Shown here: positions 24,575-37,792 of the stretch, one piece after another
How positions within the stretch are numbered: the stretch's first letter is position 1
Layout of the letters: each line of letters starts with the position of its first letter
NCBI GenBank assembly: GCA_038087875.1
Contig: CM075988.1
Span: 8,992,001 to 9,056,000 of the forward strand
Direction of reading: 5' to 3'
From: Malacoraja senta
Taxonomy: Eukaryota
DNA: 64,000 bases
Translations under genes and position numbers: made by a program
The notes under the pieces: model-generated
Databases searched by the model: none
Told to the model about the DNA's origin: nothing
What the model saw: the letters and a program-made list of their open reading frames with translations, nothing else

Positions 24575-25437
24575 CGGAATTTTTCGGTGGGCGGCGCGAC
24601 TCTCGTTTGCAGCGGCCTCTGCAGTCCGTCTGTCTTTTTTATTATTTTTGTCTCGTTTTTATGTAGTTTTTTATTATTTTTTTTGTCGGGGTATGTGTGT
24701 GGGGGGGGGGGGGGGGACTTTAAAATCTTTCCCCTGCACGGGAGACCCGACCTTTTCTTTGTCGGGTCTCCGTTGTCGTTGGGGCTGGGCAACGTGGAGC
24801 GGCCTCCACCAGGAACGACCTGGGGCTCCAGTTGCGGAGCTGCGGACTACTCACCGTCGCGGGGCTGGCCGAGTCCGGAGCGGGTGAAGCTGTGGTGGAA
24901 ACAATCGCTGCTGCTACCCGACCCCCGGAGATTCGGAGGCTACAACTGCGGGTCTGGCGGACGGCAACACTGGAAGCCCGCGGGTCCTCTGGTGGGAGAC
25001 CGCTTTTCGGGGCTTCCGCAGTGGCGACTTCTCCCGCCCGAGTTGCGGGTTGAAGAGCACCTGGAGCGGGGCTTTATCCCCCCGCGCGGCTTGGAATGGC
25101 CGCCAGACTTTGCGAGCGCGCGCCGGGGCTCTAACACCAAGACCCGGTGCGCGACCCTGCATTAACCGGCGTGTCTTTAATGGCCGCGGGATAATCACCA
25201 TCGCCCGCCGGGGGCTTTGACTTTGACTGACATCGGGGGGGGCAGGGGAGTGCAGTGGAGAGATACGTTTTTTTGCCTTCCATCACAGCGCTGTGATGGA
25301 TGTATGTGTAAATTGTGTTGTGTCTTGGGTCTTCTTCGTTTTGTAATGTATGGCTGCAGAAACGACATTTCGTTTGGACCTCAAGGGGTCCTAATGACAA
25401 ATTTGTCCAAAAGACAAATAAATTGTATTGTATTGTA
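24575..25437 (+). mobile_element. GC/CpG-rich non-autonomous retroposon with (TTGTA)n tail, inserted in a Penelope remnant
   Basis: Flanks rejoin as gtgtctat..gtgtatacc|agaatctgcagttccttcctacac; ends aataaattgtattgtattgta. Confidence 0.65.
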
Positions 25438-26454
25438 AATAGAATCTGCAGTTCCTTCCTACACAAATATCTCTTGTTTTTTTTTTGTGTTCCTATTTTC
25501 GATTTCCAGCATCGGGAGTGTATTACATCTTATAGTAATGCTGTCATCTTCATATCGAGCATATGTGTACAATATGCCGTTTATGTATGTTTACTGTGTG
25601 ATTTGGGGTATCTTCAATAAAATAGTAATTCTGGCTCTATCAGTTATTCAAATCCCAGATGTAACACTGGAAGGATGTACCAAGCAGAGTTCAAGTTCCT
25701 CAAACAATGCAAAGGGAAGAAATGGATCCTAATATATGGAATGTAAGAGTTATAAGAATTAAACAGAAAATGTATAGACAGTGGAGGCTATCATTTTGGA
25801 AATAAACTACATCCACATACATTTTCTGTCTGTTTTGAAAGAATTGAAAAAACAAAATGAATATAAAGCAGAGATCAACCGCTTTCTTTAAATTCACAAG
25901 AAAAGTGCACCCTGAAGAATTATATCTATTTGATATGCATGAATCTTGTTGACCACAATGATTACAAGAGCATCAATGACAGAGAACCTCTGATCTGTTT
26001 CACTTTAGCAATCACAACCATCAGTCGAGTTTCTTTTCATATTTTCAGGGGCTGAATTAATATATTGATATATTGTCTTGAGTTGAAGGAACTGCCAATT
26101 AACATCTCAGATTATTCATACAAATGCCATTGGATGGATGCTCCAGTGTATAAACCTGCATTTAAAAATAATAGAAATCAGCAGAAACTGTGAATCCTGG
26201 AGGAAATTGGAAAGAACATTCCCTCAAATCAGCATAAAATAAGTTGTAATATTTTGCTGCATTGAGGTGAAGCATGACAACGTAACAAATGGCCAAATGT
26301 GGCAAAGGAGAAAGATAACTTTATAAATGTGCAGATGCTTGAAAGTTGGAGTAAAAACTGGAAATACTCAACAGGATAGGCTGCATCTATGGGAGGGGAA
26401 ATGGAGTCAACGTTTCAGATTGGAGACTCTTTGTCAGAATGGAAAAATAAACAA

Positions 26455-26680
26455 TTTGTTGGTTGTAATATTGTTCACCCCTGCAGAACAACTGAGTTCA
26501 TTCGGCAGGGGCAACCCTGATCTTCCAATTTCTTCCCATTCTCCATTCGACATCCACTCAGACATATCAGACTGGTCCCGTACTGTCATAGCTTAAGGAG
26601 CAGCACATAATTTTGCTGTGGTATGAGCACTTAGCATTCTGGACTCAGTAATGCATTCTACAACTTCAGATAACTTGATT
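26455..26680 (+). mobile_element. Old Penelope GIY-YIG remnant
   Basis: EHLSS-like segment, HSHSDI-like segment and ggagcagcacataattttg resemble 33000-33230. Confidence 0.5.
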
Positions 26681-26934
26681 TCTCGGTCTGTTTCACTCCC
26701 TTGGGTAGCTTTCAACCCAACAGTATGAACGTTGGTCACATTGAATGGCAGTGCTGGCTCGAGAGGACAAATAGATTACTCCTGCACCTATGTATCTATG
26801 TATCTAACATTGATTTCTCTAATTGTAAGTAACTTCTGCATTCCTTCCCCCCCTCACCTAATTGTCCTACTAGTTCCACCGTTCGCATCCTTGCATCCCT
26901 TGTCTTCCCCAGCCAATGATGGGCCATTATGGAC

Positions 26935-27176
26935 ACACCAGTTCAAAGTTATCCCACTTTCTCATCCACTCCCTGCATATTAAGGGCAATTTTACAGAGG
27001 CCAATTAACCTACAAACCCGCACGTCTTTGGGATGTGGGAGGCTACTGGAACACCCGGAGGAAACTCACGTGGTCACAGGGAGAATGTCAAAACTCCACA
27101 CAAACAGCACCCAAGGTCAGGATCGGACCCAGGTCTCTGGCACTGTAAGACAGCAACCCTCCCAGCTGCGCCACTG
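26935..27176 (-). mobile_element. HE1-like SINE
   Basis: Core plus tRNA-like head ending gctgcgccactg. Confidence 0.75.
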
Positions 27177-28429
27177 CTTCTGAAACAAGTTAAGTATCTC
27201 GCAATTATTTTTTTAATATATTTATTTCCATTGAGATGAGCTATCTATGACCTTGTGAGGTCCCGCTGCAATTTATCGCCAGTCAATTAGTATAGTTATA
27301 TATATAGAAATGATCACCCCACTGAGTTAAGGTGTCACAATTGACAATTAACAGAGGACAAAATCCATGTTTCTTTTCCATTATTCATTAATGGAAAGTA
27401 TGGAATAAATAAAAGAGAAATTGCTCAAAAAATACTCAACAGATTAGGAGGCATCTGCAGAGGGAGAATTGTCAAACTTTTCAGATTGCAATTTCCGTTC
27501 ATCAGGTAATATGGATATGGCTCTTATTTAATATGCTGTGGATATAAAAATCGGGAAATTTTGCTTCTTTGAGTTGGATACAAGTGATCCATTCCCAGCA
27601 AAAATAGCAACAGACTGGTTCCACCAAGATGCAGCACAGAATGCCACAGGAGATCATTTTACCCTGTGGCAATCAAACTGTACAACTTCCCCCCCCCCCC
27701 TTGTGTTGTGGGGTAGAGTGACTCCCCTTCCCCCTTCCACCCCCCCCCCCCACCCCCACGCCCGCAATCTTTGCACATCCCCAATCCTGGGCTTTCCACT
27801 CATTACTTTAATTTCATGTTTCATGTATCTTATTGTCTTTTATGATTGTTGGCAGACCAATTTCTCTCCTGGGATAAATATAGTTCTATCGTATTGTTTC
27901 GTATCGGATGCATTGATAAGAAGAAAATGCAATTAATATTTTTAAGAAGAAAATGCAATGAATATTTTACCAGAGAGTAAGACTAGTCAGGTTTTCCTGG
28001 GAATATTGTGTCTTCAGGGATGATGAGTGAGTTTCACATTATGCACAGTTTGTCCATTCCATATGCCATTCATTGTGAAACCAGATTAAGGGTGCTGGAT
28101 TTCCAAATAATGATCTCCGTGGGTTGGAGAATTATCACACTTCTTCATTCTCCATTGCACATCCCGTCCTCGGTGTTCGTTTGCTTCCCTTAGAAGTCTG
28201 AATAAGATGCATTATGTATATTCATCCTTCATATTTCAGTGAATTTATTAGTTTAGTGATATTTTGGCATCACTGCAGGCAATCTGAAAACTTTTTTTCA
28301 AATAATGTCAAGCTCAGATACGAAATAAAAGACTTACATCTAACTTTCGCAGACAAGGAATTTCTCAAAATGCATTGCAGCTGATTTAGTACTCTTCCTT
28401 TGATTTGTTGTAACTGTAGTTAGGCCATC

Positions 28430-28815
28430 AGGAGGATGAGGGGTGTTCTTATAGAAGTGTACAAAATCATGAGAGGAATAGATTGGGTAGATACACAGAG
28501 CCTCTTGCCCAGTATAGGGGAATGGAGAACCAGACAACATAGGTTTAAGGTAAGGGGGGGAAAGATTTAATAGGAACACGAGGGGTAACTATCACACAAA
28601 GGGTGGTGGGTGTATGGAATCAGCTGCCGGAGGAGGTAGTTAAGGCAGGTACTATCGCAATGTTTAAGAAGCATTTAGATTGGTACATGGATAGGACAGG
28701 TTTAGAGTGATATATGCCAAACGCAGGCAGGTGGGATTAGTGTAGGTGGGACATGTTGGCTGGTGTGGGCAAGTTGGGCCGAAAGGCCTGTTTCCATGTT
28801 GTGTGACTATGACTG
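28430..28815 (+). mobile_element. CR1 (HER1-like) 3' fragment
   Basis: RMRGVLIEVYKIMRGID coding remnant and 3' tail. Confidence 0.8.
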
Positions 28816-29043
28816 AGTGTTATGAGTGAGAAACATCAGGGATGTCCATATCACCTGCTCCATGGTGGGCACTGATGACTGTTGCATTGATAACTGCCTA
28901 ACTCACGCTTATTTCCATTGCTTTGTCTCCCAGACAAAAGCACTCACAACATTCTGTTACACCTAACTCATGTTTAAGGTCTCAAGCATCCTGTAAAGGG
29001 GGTTCTTCTCAGTGAGGTCTTCTAAAGACAAGCCGCGACTTTC

Positions 29044-29177
29044 AATCTGAAGAAGGGCCTAAACTTGAAATGTCACCCATTCCTTCCCTCCAGAGATGCT
29101 GCCAATCCCGCTGAGTTACTCCAGCATTTTGTGTCTATCTTCGGTTTAAACCAGCATCAGCAGTCCCTTTCTGCACA
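29044..29177 (+). mobile_element. Penelope terminal remnant
   Basis: ctgaagaagggcc..gaaatgtcacccattcc..gagttactccagc. Confidence 0.7.
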
Positions 29178-30140
29178 TCGATCCAGGGCATTTGGGTTAA
29201 TCAGGTTTATTTCTCCAGTTTTTTTTATTTGCTGATACATTAAGTTCTTAATTCTCCTTCGATCCATGATTCTGCAATATTTCCAGTATATTTATTTTTG
29301 CCTCTTCTCCGATATCAAATATTAGTTTACATTTCAGCTACTGCCCTATTCCCCACTATAGTTTATCCTGCATCTGTTTCCAAGGAACCCAAACTTACTT
29401 AATTCTTTAAATTAAAGCTCACTGAAGTCTGTAACAAGACCTGAACCAAATTCTCCTCATCAGCCTGACGAAGGGTCCTAAAACGTCATCTGCCCATTCC
29501 CTCCACAGATATTGACTGACCTGAACACCTCCAGTTCTTTATTCTATGCTCGAGATACCAGAACAGCAGTCTCTTGTGACGTTTATTAACTCAATTTTAA
29601 AATTCACATTCGATTTTTTAAAAGTCGGCATCAAAATCTCTAGTTCCAGTGACCCTAGTCCTAAACTCTCTCCCTTATCCTCCGCCTCCACTCTATTTAA
29701 CCTAGAATATCAAAATCTACCCTCTTGTTTTTAACTGAGAAGGTAACAGGGTAATTTAAGAAACAAAACTGTTCAGGCGTATTAAATTCAAAGAACAGGA
29801 TAGTTTTCCAATGTCCATTTTACAATTAAGGTCACAAAATAATAAATGTCTTTGATCGAGCTGCCTGCCTTGACAAATTGCCTGCCGTGTCTGCCTACAA
29901 TATTGGTGCTGTCCATTTCACAAACTGACGTGCTCTGGGATATCATAGGTAAAAGCTGCTATTTAAATACAAGACCACTCATTCTTTATTATCATTAATC
30001 ACATCAGATAGAAAATAAATTAGCTCCTTGCTGAGGCAGTATGACATTAGGCAGTGAATAGGTTCAGTGTTTTATAAAGTTTTGAGAGATTTTGTCACAT
30101 GAATTAGGATAAAAAATGCTACCATAATGTTATGTCTATC

Positions 30141-30308
30141 AGCAGGACATGCAGCATCTCTTGGGAGAAGGAATGGGTGACGTTTCGGGTCGAGACCCTT
30201 CTTCACCCATTCCTTCCCTCCAGAGATGCTGCCTGTCCCGCTGTGTTACTCCAGCTTTTTGTGTCTATCTTTGGTTTAAACCAGCATTTGCAGTTCCTTC
30301 TTACACAA
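30141..30308. mobile_element. Fold-back Penelope terminal remnant
   Basis: gcagcatctc..gaaggaatgggtga / tcacccattccttc..gagatgctgc, flanked by gttatgtctatc and gttctgtctatc. Confidence 0.75.
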
Positions 30309-32049
30309 GTTCTGTCTATCCATTAACCTTTACAATCCAGACTTAATTGAGGAGGTTACCACCTGATAATTCATCCCATCTTTATCTTTAGCATTGTATT
30401 ATCCTGGAGCTCACTTCTTACTCATACCTCCTTAAAACATGAAAATCTGCTTTGTTGGCATTACCAGCATTCAAACTTCCATTCAACAGATCAAAAACAT
30501 AAAAATGAAAGCTAGATTCTGAACAACTGGATCCCTTTGAAGCAAAGGTGTAGCAATTGAAGGAAGAGTCTGATGGTTCATTAGGGAAGATGGCAGCTTG
30601 GTACAGGATGTCATTGCAGTGAGATTAATCCTTTCATTTGTAGCCATTTAATATCCCATTTGAACTGACTTCACAAACAACCAACAATCAAAACTGACAC
30701 CAGATAGATATTTGAATATTTGAAACTCATCAAGGCATAAAGAAATCACTAATGATTGTGGGTTCGGGTTGCAATTACTGGTTACCCCATTCATTTTTTT
30801 TAATTTATTGCCCTGTTCATTTCCGGATACAGACAACAAAATTGGAATACACATCCACCTATGATCCGAAAAGCTCCACTGAAGAATAATAAATAATTCA
30901 TTGGAACTAGTAAGCGTTACCAATAAGGAGGTTAAATCTGTGAAAATTGGATTTATACAGTCAAGTTCAGAAGGGGTGCACACACTCACATAAAGGTAAA
31001 ATACCACCACAGCGGCGAGAGCTCCTCGTCACAGTTCCTTAGGGGGGGGGGGGGGGAAGGAGGGAAATGATCAGAGTTTAAGTTTACTTGGGATGTCAGA
31101 GGGTCACAGCATTGGAGTGCTTTGGCCTGTGTGTGTAGACGTGGCGGAATTAAGCAACAGGAAGGCGTTGTCTTGCCTACAGTAGGTTATTGAACCATGC
31201 TGTGCTGTATCCGTAGGAATAAGCAGGTAAAATGTTTGATTCAGCTTTCTCTATTGTATTGTTGAACAATGTACTTTGGAAAGGCAGAGTGCATGGAAGT
31301 GTAAGCAACATGCGAATGCTGCTAAACTAGTTCATTCTTAAAGGACATCTGTACATAAAGATTGTTGGAAATGTTAGGAGAGTGCTCAGCACATTTTCTT
31401 TCTCTTAGAGATTGTTCCTCCGCAAAATGTCCTCACTGTTTATCTTCTCACGATCTGGTGAAGTATTGGGATGAGATCAGTATATGTGCTGAATGAAAAT
31501 GGTCTCTGGGGATCCGTGATCAAATTTCGTAACTGGTAGGATATTGTTAATGATTGCCAGCGGAAGAATATTATGATGTATGATTCATACTTTCCTCCTC
31601 AAAATGTCATATGTAACAATGTCAACAAGTATTTTTAAAGCTATATATGGCACAACAGAGTGATATTTCTGCAGCACACCAATGAGATGAAGAGCAATGG
31701 TTTAATTAAGACTGGATGCTCTTCAGTCCTCTGAGAGTGTGTCAGACCTCAGTTTGTAAATGCTGCTCGGGGTTAAAAAAAGAAATATAGTAATTAGTTC
31801 ACAGAATGTTCAAACATCTTTCTTATTATGCCAATTAATTCATTTAAAAATAAATTCTAAGGCCAATGCTTCAATTGTCATTGGAGTAAGAAGTAATTCT
31901 GTAATGATCTCAATTCAATTTTTTTGTTTTGAATTACTCAGGAATGCTGTAGGTCCAGACTAAGGATTATAACAACATTTCTAGATATTCTTACTGTTTT
32001 GCGCAAACATCTGAGGTGGAAATGGGGCAGTTTGGGGATTACGGAAGGC

Positions 32050-32547
32050 ACGGTAGGTTAATTGGCCTTCAAATTGCCCCTCGTGTGTAGGAAGTTGATG
32101 CTTAAGTGGGATAACATGAGACTAGTGTAAACAGGTGGTTGGCGTGGACTCGGTGGGCCGAAGGGCCTGTTTCCATACTGTATCTCCAAACAGAACAAAG
32201 AGGGACCCGGAGTGGGGCGGCCGCCGAGATATCAGAGGGGGTCCCAGCATGGGCGGTCATGATGGCGCAGCGGTAGAGTTGCTGCCTTACAGCGAATGCA
32301 GTGCCGGAGACCCAGGTTCGATCCTGATTACGGGGAGTTTGTACGTTCTCCCCGTGATCTGCGTGGGTTTTCTCTGAGATCTTCGATTTCCAAAGACGTG
32401 CAGGTTTGTAGGTTAATTGGCTTGGTAAATGTAAAAATTGTCCCTTGTGGGTATAGGATAGTGTTAATGTATGGGGATCGCTGCTCGGCGCAGACCCGGT
32501 GGGCCGAAGGGCTTGTTTCCGCGCTGTATCGCTAAACTAAACTAAAA
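32050..32547 (+). mobile_element. Two HE1-like SINEs (partial, then complete 32250-32547)
   Basis: A-box tggcgcagcgg, B-box ggttcgatcc, CR1-like tail, (ctaaa)n end. Confidence 0.85.
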
Positions 32548-32974
32548 GCATTCCGGTAATTAATTCCAATGGATGGAGGAATTGCTTTACAGATTTGTCC
32601 TGAATGGCTGTTCATCTACATATATTGAGACTATTCGATGGTTCCAGATGCCCAGACAAGTGAAATCACATCCTTTCACCTGTCTTTTCAACCCCTGGAA
32701 GAATGTTGCTTACAGGTATTTCAATAAGGTTCTTCTGGAATGTCTGTTTATTCTTTCTTCATAGGGAGACGATCGGATAATGGTTGGACAAAGGCTAAAG
32801 TCAAGTGGTACGATTATAAGTTTGTAGGTTAGTTACCTAAAATTGAAGAACTCAATGTTCATACCATTGGGTTGTAAACCAAAGGAATCTAATGCAGCTG
32901 GAAACCTTTAGCGTTGACCTGAGACCACCTGAAGCCTCTTTGCCACCTGGAGCCTGCACTGCCTTGCAAGCACC

Positions 32975-33230
32975 CCTCTGCGATGTGGACTCTTATACAT
33001 CGGTGAGACCAAACGTAGACTGGACGATCCTTTCGCTGAACACCTTCGCTCAGTCCGCTTGAACCTCCCTGATCTCCTGGTTGCTAAACACTTTAATTCT
33101 CCTCCCCATTCCCACACAGACCTTTCTGTCCTGGGTCTCCTCCATTGTCAGAGTGAGGCTAAATGCAAATTGGAGGAACATCTCATATTTTGCTTGGGCA
33201 GCTTACAACCCAGTGGTATGAATATTAAAA
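32975..33230 (+). mobile_element. Penelope GIY-YIG endonuclease fragment
   Basis: CGLLYIGETKRRLDDPFAEHLRSV..VAKHFNS..LEEHLIFCLGSLQPSGMNI. Confidence 0.88.
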
Positions 33231-34369
33231 CATCTCTACATTCCAAGTTGTTGGCAACTTTGTAACAGCTTGTTTATGTGCTGAGAATAACAATTGCAGA
33301 CATATTAAAACATTCATGAGAATAATAGCTTCAATATAACTGCAAATCCAGTCACTTTCCATGTTATTTGTGTGCTGGTGGAGCGAGATAGTTTCCATTG
33401 AACTTTAGAGCACATAGATCAAGAGGTCTACATGGTGGTAGCAATGCCAGAAGATCTTCAGTTTTAACTATCTACTTCAATGGAAGTTAATCTAATCATT
33501 AATTAAATGATAACACTTTATCCAGATGAAAACCAGTCTGAAGAAGAGTTCTGTCCCAAAACGTCACCCATCCTTTTTCTCCAGAGATGCTGCTTGACCC
33601 GCTGAGTTATTCCAGCACTTTGAGTCTATCTTCGGTAAAAACCGTGACCTTCAGTTTCAAGAACATCTTCCCATTAACCATCAGGCTCTTAAACCGCACT
33701 GCACAACCACAAGCCTACCTCAGCAACGATCTACTATGGACTTTGTATAGATTGCACTATATACTTCAATGTGCTCTATAATGGTCAGGTTAGCTAGTAT
33801 TATTCAGTATCTTATTAATATTTAAATAATTTATTGTATTATTGATTATTCCATATGTATTTGTTCTGTTGCACTAATATGGCTGTATGGCTGATGTAAA
33901 TAAGATTGTCCTTGTTTTGTTACCCATTGCATTGAAACAATTAAACACTCTTGACATTTGATTCTCCTAATCAGATTGGGGTATTGTCATCTGGAGATTG
34001 TTAAGAGATGTAAATTGTAAAGCTAGAGAGTAGTAACACATTGTTATCACCATATAGATGTACAAGTTTTCCACCACCATTTTTTCCCTTTGCAAAATTA
34101 CCTAGGAAATGGACAGACTCCAGTTTTCATACTAGTTTCCCTCCCCCCTGACTTTCAGTCTGACGAAGGGTATCAACCCGAAACATCACCTATTCCTTTC
34201 CTCCAAGATGCAGCCCGACCCGCTGAGTTTAGCATTTTGTGCCTATCTCCAGTTGTATAGAGCCTGTTCTCATATTTGTCATTTGCTTTGCTTAAACCTA
34301 TAATGAAAATGATAACATTTACTGGATGCTGGGTTTTATAAAAATATATCACAGGTGATTGATTGAATT

Positions 34370-34665
34370 GATTGAAAGATGCAGCATAGAGACAGGGCTG
34401 ACAGTTCACTCAGTCCATGTCAAACATCCATCATCACACTAGTTCATACTAGTCATTCCACTTATGCATCCACTCCCTACACACCAGGGTGAAATTACAG
34501 AGGCCAATTAATGTTTAAAAAAAAAACACACACATCTCTGGGATGCAAGAGCAAAGCAGAGCATCCGGAGGAAACCCACGCAATCACATAGAGAACATGC
34601 AAACTCCACATAGACAGCATCGTGGTCAGGATCGAATCCGAGTCTCTGGCACTGTGAGACACTGT
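34370..34665 (-). mobile_element. HE1-like SINE
   Basis: Core and reverse B-box ggatcgaatcc. Confidence 0.65.
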
Positions 34666-34781
34666 AGGAGGAAAGCACAGATTATTTTTTTTATTTTGAA
34701 TGCCTCATAATATTGAGGCATGATAGGAAGTCTACAACATGGACAGTCAGCACGGCCTTTGAAAAGTTTAAGCAGTAAATG

Positions 34782-36075
34782 AAGAGTCAAGAGTCAAGAG
34801 AGTTTATTGTCATGTGTCTCAGATAGGACAATGAAATTCTTGCTTGCTGTAGCACAGCAGAATATTGTATGAATAAATACAGAACAGATCAGTGTGTCCA
34901 TATACCATAGAATATATATATACACACAGAAATAAACAGATAAAGTGCAATAGGCTGTTATGGTTCAGAGTTTGGTTGAAGTTGTGCTTAATAGTCCGAT
35001 GGCTGTGGGGAAGTAGCTGTTCCTGAACCTGGATGTTGCAGATTTCAGGCTCCTGTACCTTCTACCTGATGGCAGCGGAGAGATGAGTATGTGGCGTTTT
35101 TGAGGCAGCGACTGCGATAGATCCCCTCGATGGTAGGGAGGTCAGAGCCGATGATGTTTACAACTTTTTGCAGCCTTTTCCGGTCCTGGACGCTCAAGTT
35201 GCCTAACTAAGCCACGATGCAACCAGTCAGTATGCTCTCTACTGTGCACCTGTAGAGGTTCGATAGAGTCCTCCTTGACATACCGACTCTCCGTAATCTT
35301 CTCAGGAAGTAGAGGCACTGGTGTGGTTTCTTTATATTTGCATCAGTGTTCTGGGACCAGGTGAGATCTTCGGAAATATGCACGCCCAGGAATTTGAAGT
35401 TCTTGCCCTTTCCACCATCGACCCGTTGATATAAACGGGACTGTGGGTCCCTATCCTACCCCTTCCAAAGGCAACAATCAGTTCCTTGGTTTTGCTGGTG
35501 TTGAGAGCCAGGTTATTGTGCTGGCAGCATTTCATCAATCGGTCGATCTCACCTATACTCTGACTCGTCCCCATCAGTGATACGTCCCACAACAGTGGTG
35601 TCGTTGGCGAACTTGATGATGGAGTTCACACTATGACCGTCATGAATATAGAGTGAGTACAGCAGAGGGCTGAGCACGGAGCCTTGAGGTGCTCCCGTGC
35701 TGATTGTTATCGAGGATGACACATTTCCACCAATACGGACAGATTGTGGTCTGTGAATGAGGAAGTCGAGGATCCAATTGCAGAGGGATGCGCAGAGACC
35801 CAGATCTGAGAGCTTGGTAACCAGCTTGGAGGGGATGATGGTATTAAATGCCAAGCTGTAGTCAATGAATAACAGCCTGACATGAGTTTTTGTCGTCCAG
35901 TGGTCCAGAGCGGAGTGGAGAGCTAGTGAGGACGCATCCACCGTTGATCTGTTGTGGCAGTAGGCGAACTGCAGTGGGTCCAGGTTTTTGTCGAGGTAGG
36001 AGTTGATTTGCGCCATGATCAACCTCTCAAAGCACTTCATCACCACAGACGTTAGTGCCACTGGTCGATAGTCAG
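34782..36075 (-). mobile_element. Rex1/Babar-type LINE, 5'-truncated RT + 3' end
   Basis: [55 protein letters not shown]; (ttgactc)n tail. Confidence 0.88.
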
Positions 36076-36859
36076 CGTTTCCTGTTTGCCAGACAAAATT
36101 GCTTTCAGTAACTACATTTTTAATTGTGTCTTAAAAAGTGTCAGTGGAACTAATTTTACGTACCTCTGTCATGCTCCATAGCAATAGCTTAGTTGAGGTC
36201 ACACAGACAGTGTCACCTCAACCCTGTAACGCACTAAAGAGTCTTAATGTTCCTGTGCAAATGCATCACTGGGAGACTGTGTGGGAAAATGTCTGCTTCT
36301 TAATGGACTGACCAGTGGATCAATTAATCTTACTATATCAACTTGTAGCCAGAGATATACACTAAAAATGTATAACAACACACAGAGATCTGAATGTATA
36401 ATTTTGCACCATGTGTTATGCAGCTATCTATATAACTAAAAGTCTAATCTTGACCACTTCCTGTCTGCGCTCTATATTGATTTTAGAAAAAAACGCTACC
36501 ATATATCGCTAGGATATTTGGTCATCTTACTTACAGTTCTCCTCCGCTGAGGCAGCCCCTAGGATTTTTCCGATCGGTGAAAAATAAAAAGGTTATGAGT
36601 GTTTAAAAAATCTTGAGATCAGCTGATTGGTCCTCTTGCCTGTCAATCACCACGGTGAAGGTAACGCCCCTTCCAGGGGGGGTGGGGGGCGGGCAGGTCT
36701 ATAAAACCCCAGATGCCTGGATGTGAGTCTGTCACTGTGGAAGATCGCGAGGGAGTGTCCACAACTGTGATTCTAAGCTGTGAATCAACAGAACTGTTAG
36801 TCCGCAATGTACTTGCAATAAATGATTTGTTAGCCCTTATGACAATGCAATGAGTTTGG

Positions 36860-37095
36860 CAATTTGATGGCCTGCACTCTACTTAAAATGCTGTGAACTT
36901 GAATGTGGTGGCCTGCACTCTGCTTGAAATGTTGTGAAACTGAATGTGGTGGCCTGCACTCTGCTTGAAATGCTGTGAAACTGAATGTGGTGGCCTGCAC
37001 TTTGCTTGAAATGCTGCGAAACTGAATGTGGTGGCCTGCACTCTGCTTGAAATGCTGTGAAACTGAATGTGGTGGCCTGCACTCTGCTTGAAATG
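36860..37095. repeat. 41-bp minisatellite, ~6 copies
   Basis: gaatgtggtggcctgcactctgcttgaaatgctgtgaaact at 36901, 36942, 36983, 37024, 37065. Confidence 0.95.
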
Positions 37096-37114
37096 GAATT
37101 TCAAGGAATAGCCA

Positions 37115-37470
37115 TGAGTGAACTGCCAGCCCACCAGCCTTGAGTGACTGATCTGCCAGCCCGCCAGCCCTGAGTGACTGAGCTGCCAGCCCACCAGCCC
37201 ACCAGCCCTGAGTGACTGAGCTGCCAGCCCACCAGCCCTGAGTGACTGAGCTGCCAGCCCACCAGCCCTGAGTGACTGTGCTGCCAGCCCACCAGCCCTG
37301 AGTGACTGAGCTGCCAGCCCACCAGCCCTGAACGACTGAGCTGCCAGCCCACCAGGCCTGAGTGACTGAGCTGCCAGCCCACCAGGCCTGAGTGACTGAG
37401 CTGCCAGCCTACCAGGCCTGAGTGTCTGAGCTGCCAGCCCACTAGTCATAAGTGACTGAGCTGCCAGCCC
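37115..37470. repeat. 30-bp minisatellite, ~12 copies
   Basis: tgagtgactgagctgccagcccaccagccc. Confidence 0.95.
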
Positions 37471-37792
37471 AATAATCCATTCTGCCCACAATGTCCATAC
37501 TAGCTCCCTGGAAACCAGTCCCTTCGGCCCACATCACCCATATTAGTGCTCCAGAAAGCCCCCCCCCCTCACTGGCCACCAATATTGGAATTGGTGGAGA
37601 GGTGGAATATTGCGTTGGGAGACCAGCCCTCCCGTGTGAACATGGGACCCAACGGGTCCCACTTTGTCTAGTATTTATTAAAGTGCATATACTGTAAGGT
37701 TAGTATATTGTATAAATTATACTTACTGTTAGGGGATATTGAAAAACTAAATAATCACTCAAAAACAGGTCCATTGTCCAAGGTTTATTAAA

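Larger units (their letters stand above)
36427..37671 (+). mobile_element. Non-autonomous Helitron (copy 1)
   Basis: A|TCTATATAACTAAAAG start, 3' hairpin tgggaccc-aac-gggtccca (37643-37661), CTAG|T end, no TSD. Confidence 0.9.

Noticed and set aside
24558..25201. Overlapping ORFs as a gene or host CpG-island promoter
   Set aside because: Open frames are expected at high GC, and the block is an insertion inside a Penelope remnant.
30648..31010. 120-aa ORF with SLCLDE (hAT-like)
   Set aside because: A single short motif with no TIRs or other transposase motifs is insufficient support.
32250..32330. tRNA genes at SINE heads
   Set aside because: A/B boxes continue into the SINE body and LINE-like tail, and I could not find a full cloverleaf.
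36883..37491. 202-aa repetitive ORF (and ORFs at 44538-44959, 45315-45705)
   Set aside because: These are read-throughs of stop-free minisatellite frames, with non-ATG or arbitrary starts and no domain.
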